Positions 62,663-64,000 of a stretch of 64,000 nt of DNA are shown piece by piece. Each line of letters starts with the position of its first letter. The stretch's first letter is position 1. A program made the translations under genes and the position numbers. The notes beneath the pieces were generated by a model. That model ran no database searches. It saw nothing but the letters and a program-made list of their open reading frames with translations, and was not told where the DNA came from. Source of the DNA: an uncultured Pelagibacteraceae bacterium (GTDB lineage: Bacteria > Pseudomonadota > Alphaproteobacteria > Pelagibacterales > Pelagibacteraceae); assembly GCA_902600485.1 (NCBI GenBank), contig CACKJD010000005.1, positions 15,905 through 79,904 of the forward strand, given 5' to 3'.

Positions 62663-64000
62663 TTAAAATACTATGACACCTAAAAAAACAAGTATTAATA
62701 CACCAATAATACTTTGGTTTCTAAGAGACTTCATCTCATTTTTCTTCTCAGTTAATGAAGAATATGAGTTAGTATTTTGTGGAATTTGACCACTAGCTAA
62801 AAATGCTAAAGCTTGGTTTGCGTTTTCCATAACTTTTGGAAATTCTGGAATTTTTTTTAAAATATCTGCAGAATCCTTTAAAGTGTCTACAACATTTTTA
62901 ATAGGATCTTTTGTTTCTTTTAACCAGTTTTCAAGTACAGGTCTTGAGGTTTCCCATATATTAGTATTTGGATCTAATTTTCTTGAAACTCCTTCTACAA
63001 CTACCATTGTCTTTTGCAGTAATAAAAGTTGGGGCTGAGTTTGCATATTAAACTTTTCAGTTATATCAAACAATTGTTTTAATAATTTTCCACCAGATAT
63101 ATCTTTTACACTTTGACCAAATATTGGCTCTCCAATTGATCTAAGTGCTTGAGCAAGCTCATCAACGGAGACATTTTTTGGTACTAATCCTGCAATTAGA
63201 TGAACCTCAGCTACTTTCTTATAATCTCGACTGACAAAACCAAATAATATTTCAGCTAGATATCTTCTATTAAGTTTATCAATTCTGCCCATAATTCCAA
63301 AATCTATTGGTACAATTTGGCCTGACGAATTTATAAAAATATTTCCCTGATGCATATCAGCGTGAAAAAAGCCATCCCTAACAGCCTGTCTTAAAAAATG
63401 CTGTATTAAGTCAGATGCAATTTTTGAGGTATTTTTTCCACTCTCAATTAATTTATATTTCTCTCTTATAGATATACCATCTACCCAATCTAAAGTTAGC
63501 ACACTTTCACTAGTAAAATTCCAGTATATTTTAGGCACGTTAAAACCTAAATCATTCTTTGTATTTTCTAAGTATTCGTTAGCGGCTGCTGCTTCAAATC
63601 TCAAGTCCATTTCGTGATTTGTTATTTCTTTAAATAAAAAGACAACTTCAATTAATTTTAATCTTTTAGTTTTTGGAATTAACGTTTCCACCAAATAAGC
63701 CAACATCATTATTGCATCAATTTCAGAGTTAAATATTTCTTTAATATTTGGTCTTAAAACTTTTATAGCTACATCCTTAATGATATTACCCTCGTTTATC
63801 TTAGCTTTATGAACTTGTGCAATTGATGCTGCTGCAATAGGATCTGAGAATTCAATTATATTTTTTGCTGTTAATTCTCCAAGCTCATCTCGTATAATAT
63901 TTTCTGCTAACAATTTTGAAAATGGAGGTAATTTGTCCTGCAATTTTTCTAAATTTTTTGTAAGTTCTTCTCCAATGATATCCGGTCTTGTTGCTAAAAA
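62663..64000 (-). CDS. ubiB: Ubiquinone biosynthesis kinase-like UbiB (5'-partial)
   Basis: Frame open past the window end (LATRPDI...LQDKLPPF); AAASIAQVH, GFFHADMHQGN, DFGIMG. Confidence 0.96.
   Translation of the reverse strand, partial: FLATRPDIIGEELTKNLEKLQDKLPPFSKLLAENIIRDELGELTAKNIIEFSDPIAAASIAQVHKAKINEGNIIKDVAIKVLRPNIKEIFNSEIDAIMMLAYLVETLIPKTKRLKLIEVVFLFKEITNHEMDLRFEAAAANEYLENTKNDLGFNVPKIYWNFTSESVLTLDWVDGISIREKYKLIESGKNTSKIASDLIQHFLRQAVRDGFFHADMHQGNIFINSSGQIVPIDFGIMGRIDKLNRRYLAEILFGFVSRDYKKVAEVHLIAGLVPKNVSVDELAQALRSIGEPIFGQSVKDISGGKLLKQLFDITEKFNMQTQPQLLLLQKTMVVVEGVSRKLDPNTNIWETSRPVLENWLKETKDPIKNVVDTLKDSADILKKIPEFPKVMENANQALAFLASGQIPQNTNSYSSLTEKKNEMKSLRNQSIIGVLILVFLGVIVF

Overview
A 64-kb, very AT-rich, gene-dense chromosomal segment of an alphaproteobacterium. 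Gene content, order and streamlining point to SAR11/Pelagibacterales (inferred from the proteins, no database search). It lies near the replication origin (hemH-hemJ-rho-mnmE-mnmG-rsmG-parA-parB, with a parS site inside rsmG). Most genes are core: leuS/lptE/holA, a major porin, grpE-dnaK-dnaJ, maeB, murJ, trpS, fur-miaB-phoH-ybeY-lnt-metK, nusA-infB-rbfA-rpsO-pnp, fabA-fabB-fabI, irr, katG, dut, coaBC, ubiB. I found no rRNA, tRNA, CRISPR array, integrase or transposase. The interesting signals are small and missed by the ORF track. (1) A ~315-nt candidate transcription unit (52939-53253) has two tandem covarying H-type pseudoknots at its 5' end, a 63-aa ORF, and a structured 3' element. That element recurs 35 kb away behind another small gene and resembles the 3' end of the alphaproteobacterial two-piece tmRNA coding piece. 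(2) Two near-consensus classical Fur boxes, 60 bp apart, precede an unannotated 59-aa, 8-cysteine ORF. (3) Three Irr/ICE boxes sit at irr and on the katG promoter. (4) Other items: a 35-aa ArfA-like ORF, an intrinsic terminator in the nusA leader, RpoH-type promoters, and several other unannotated micro-ORFs.
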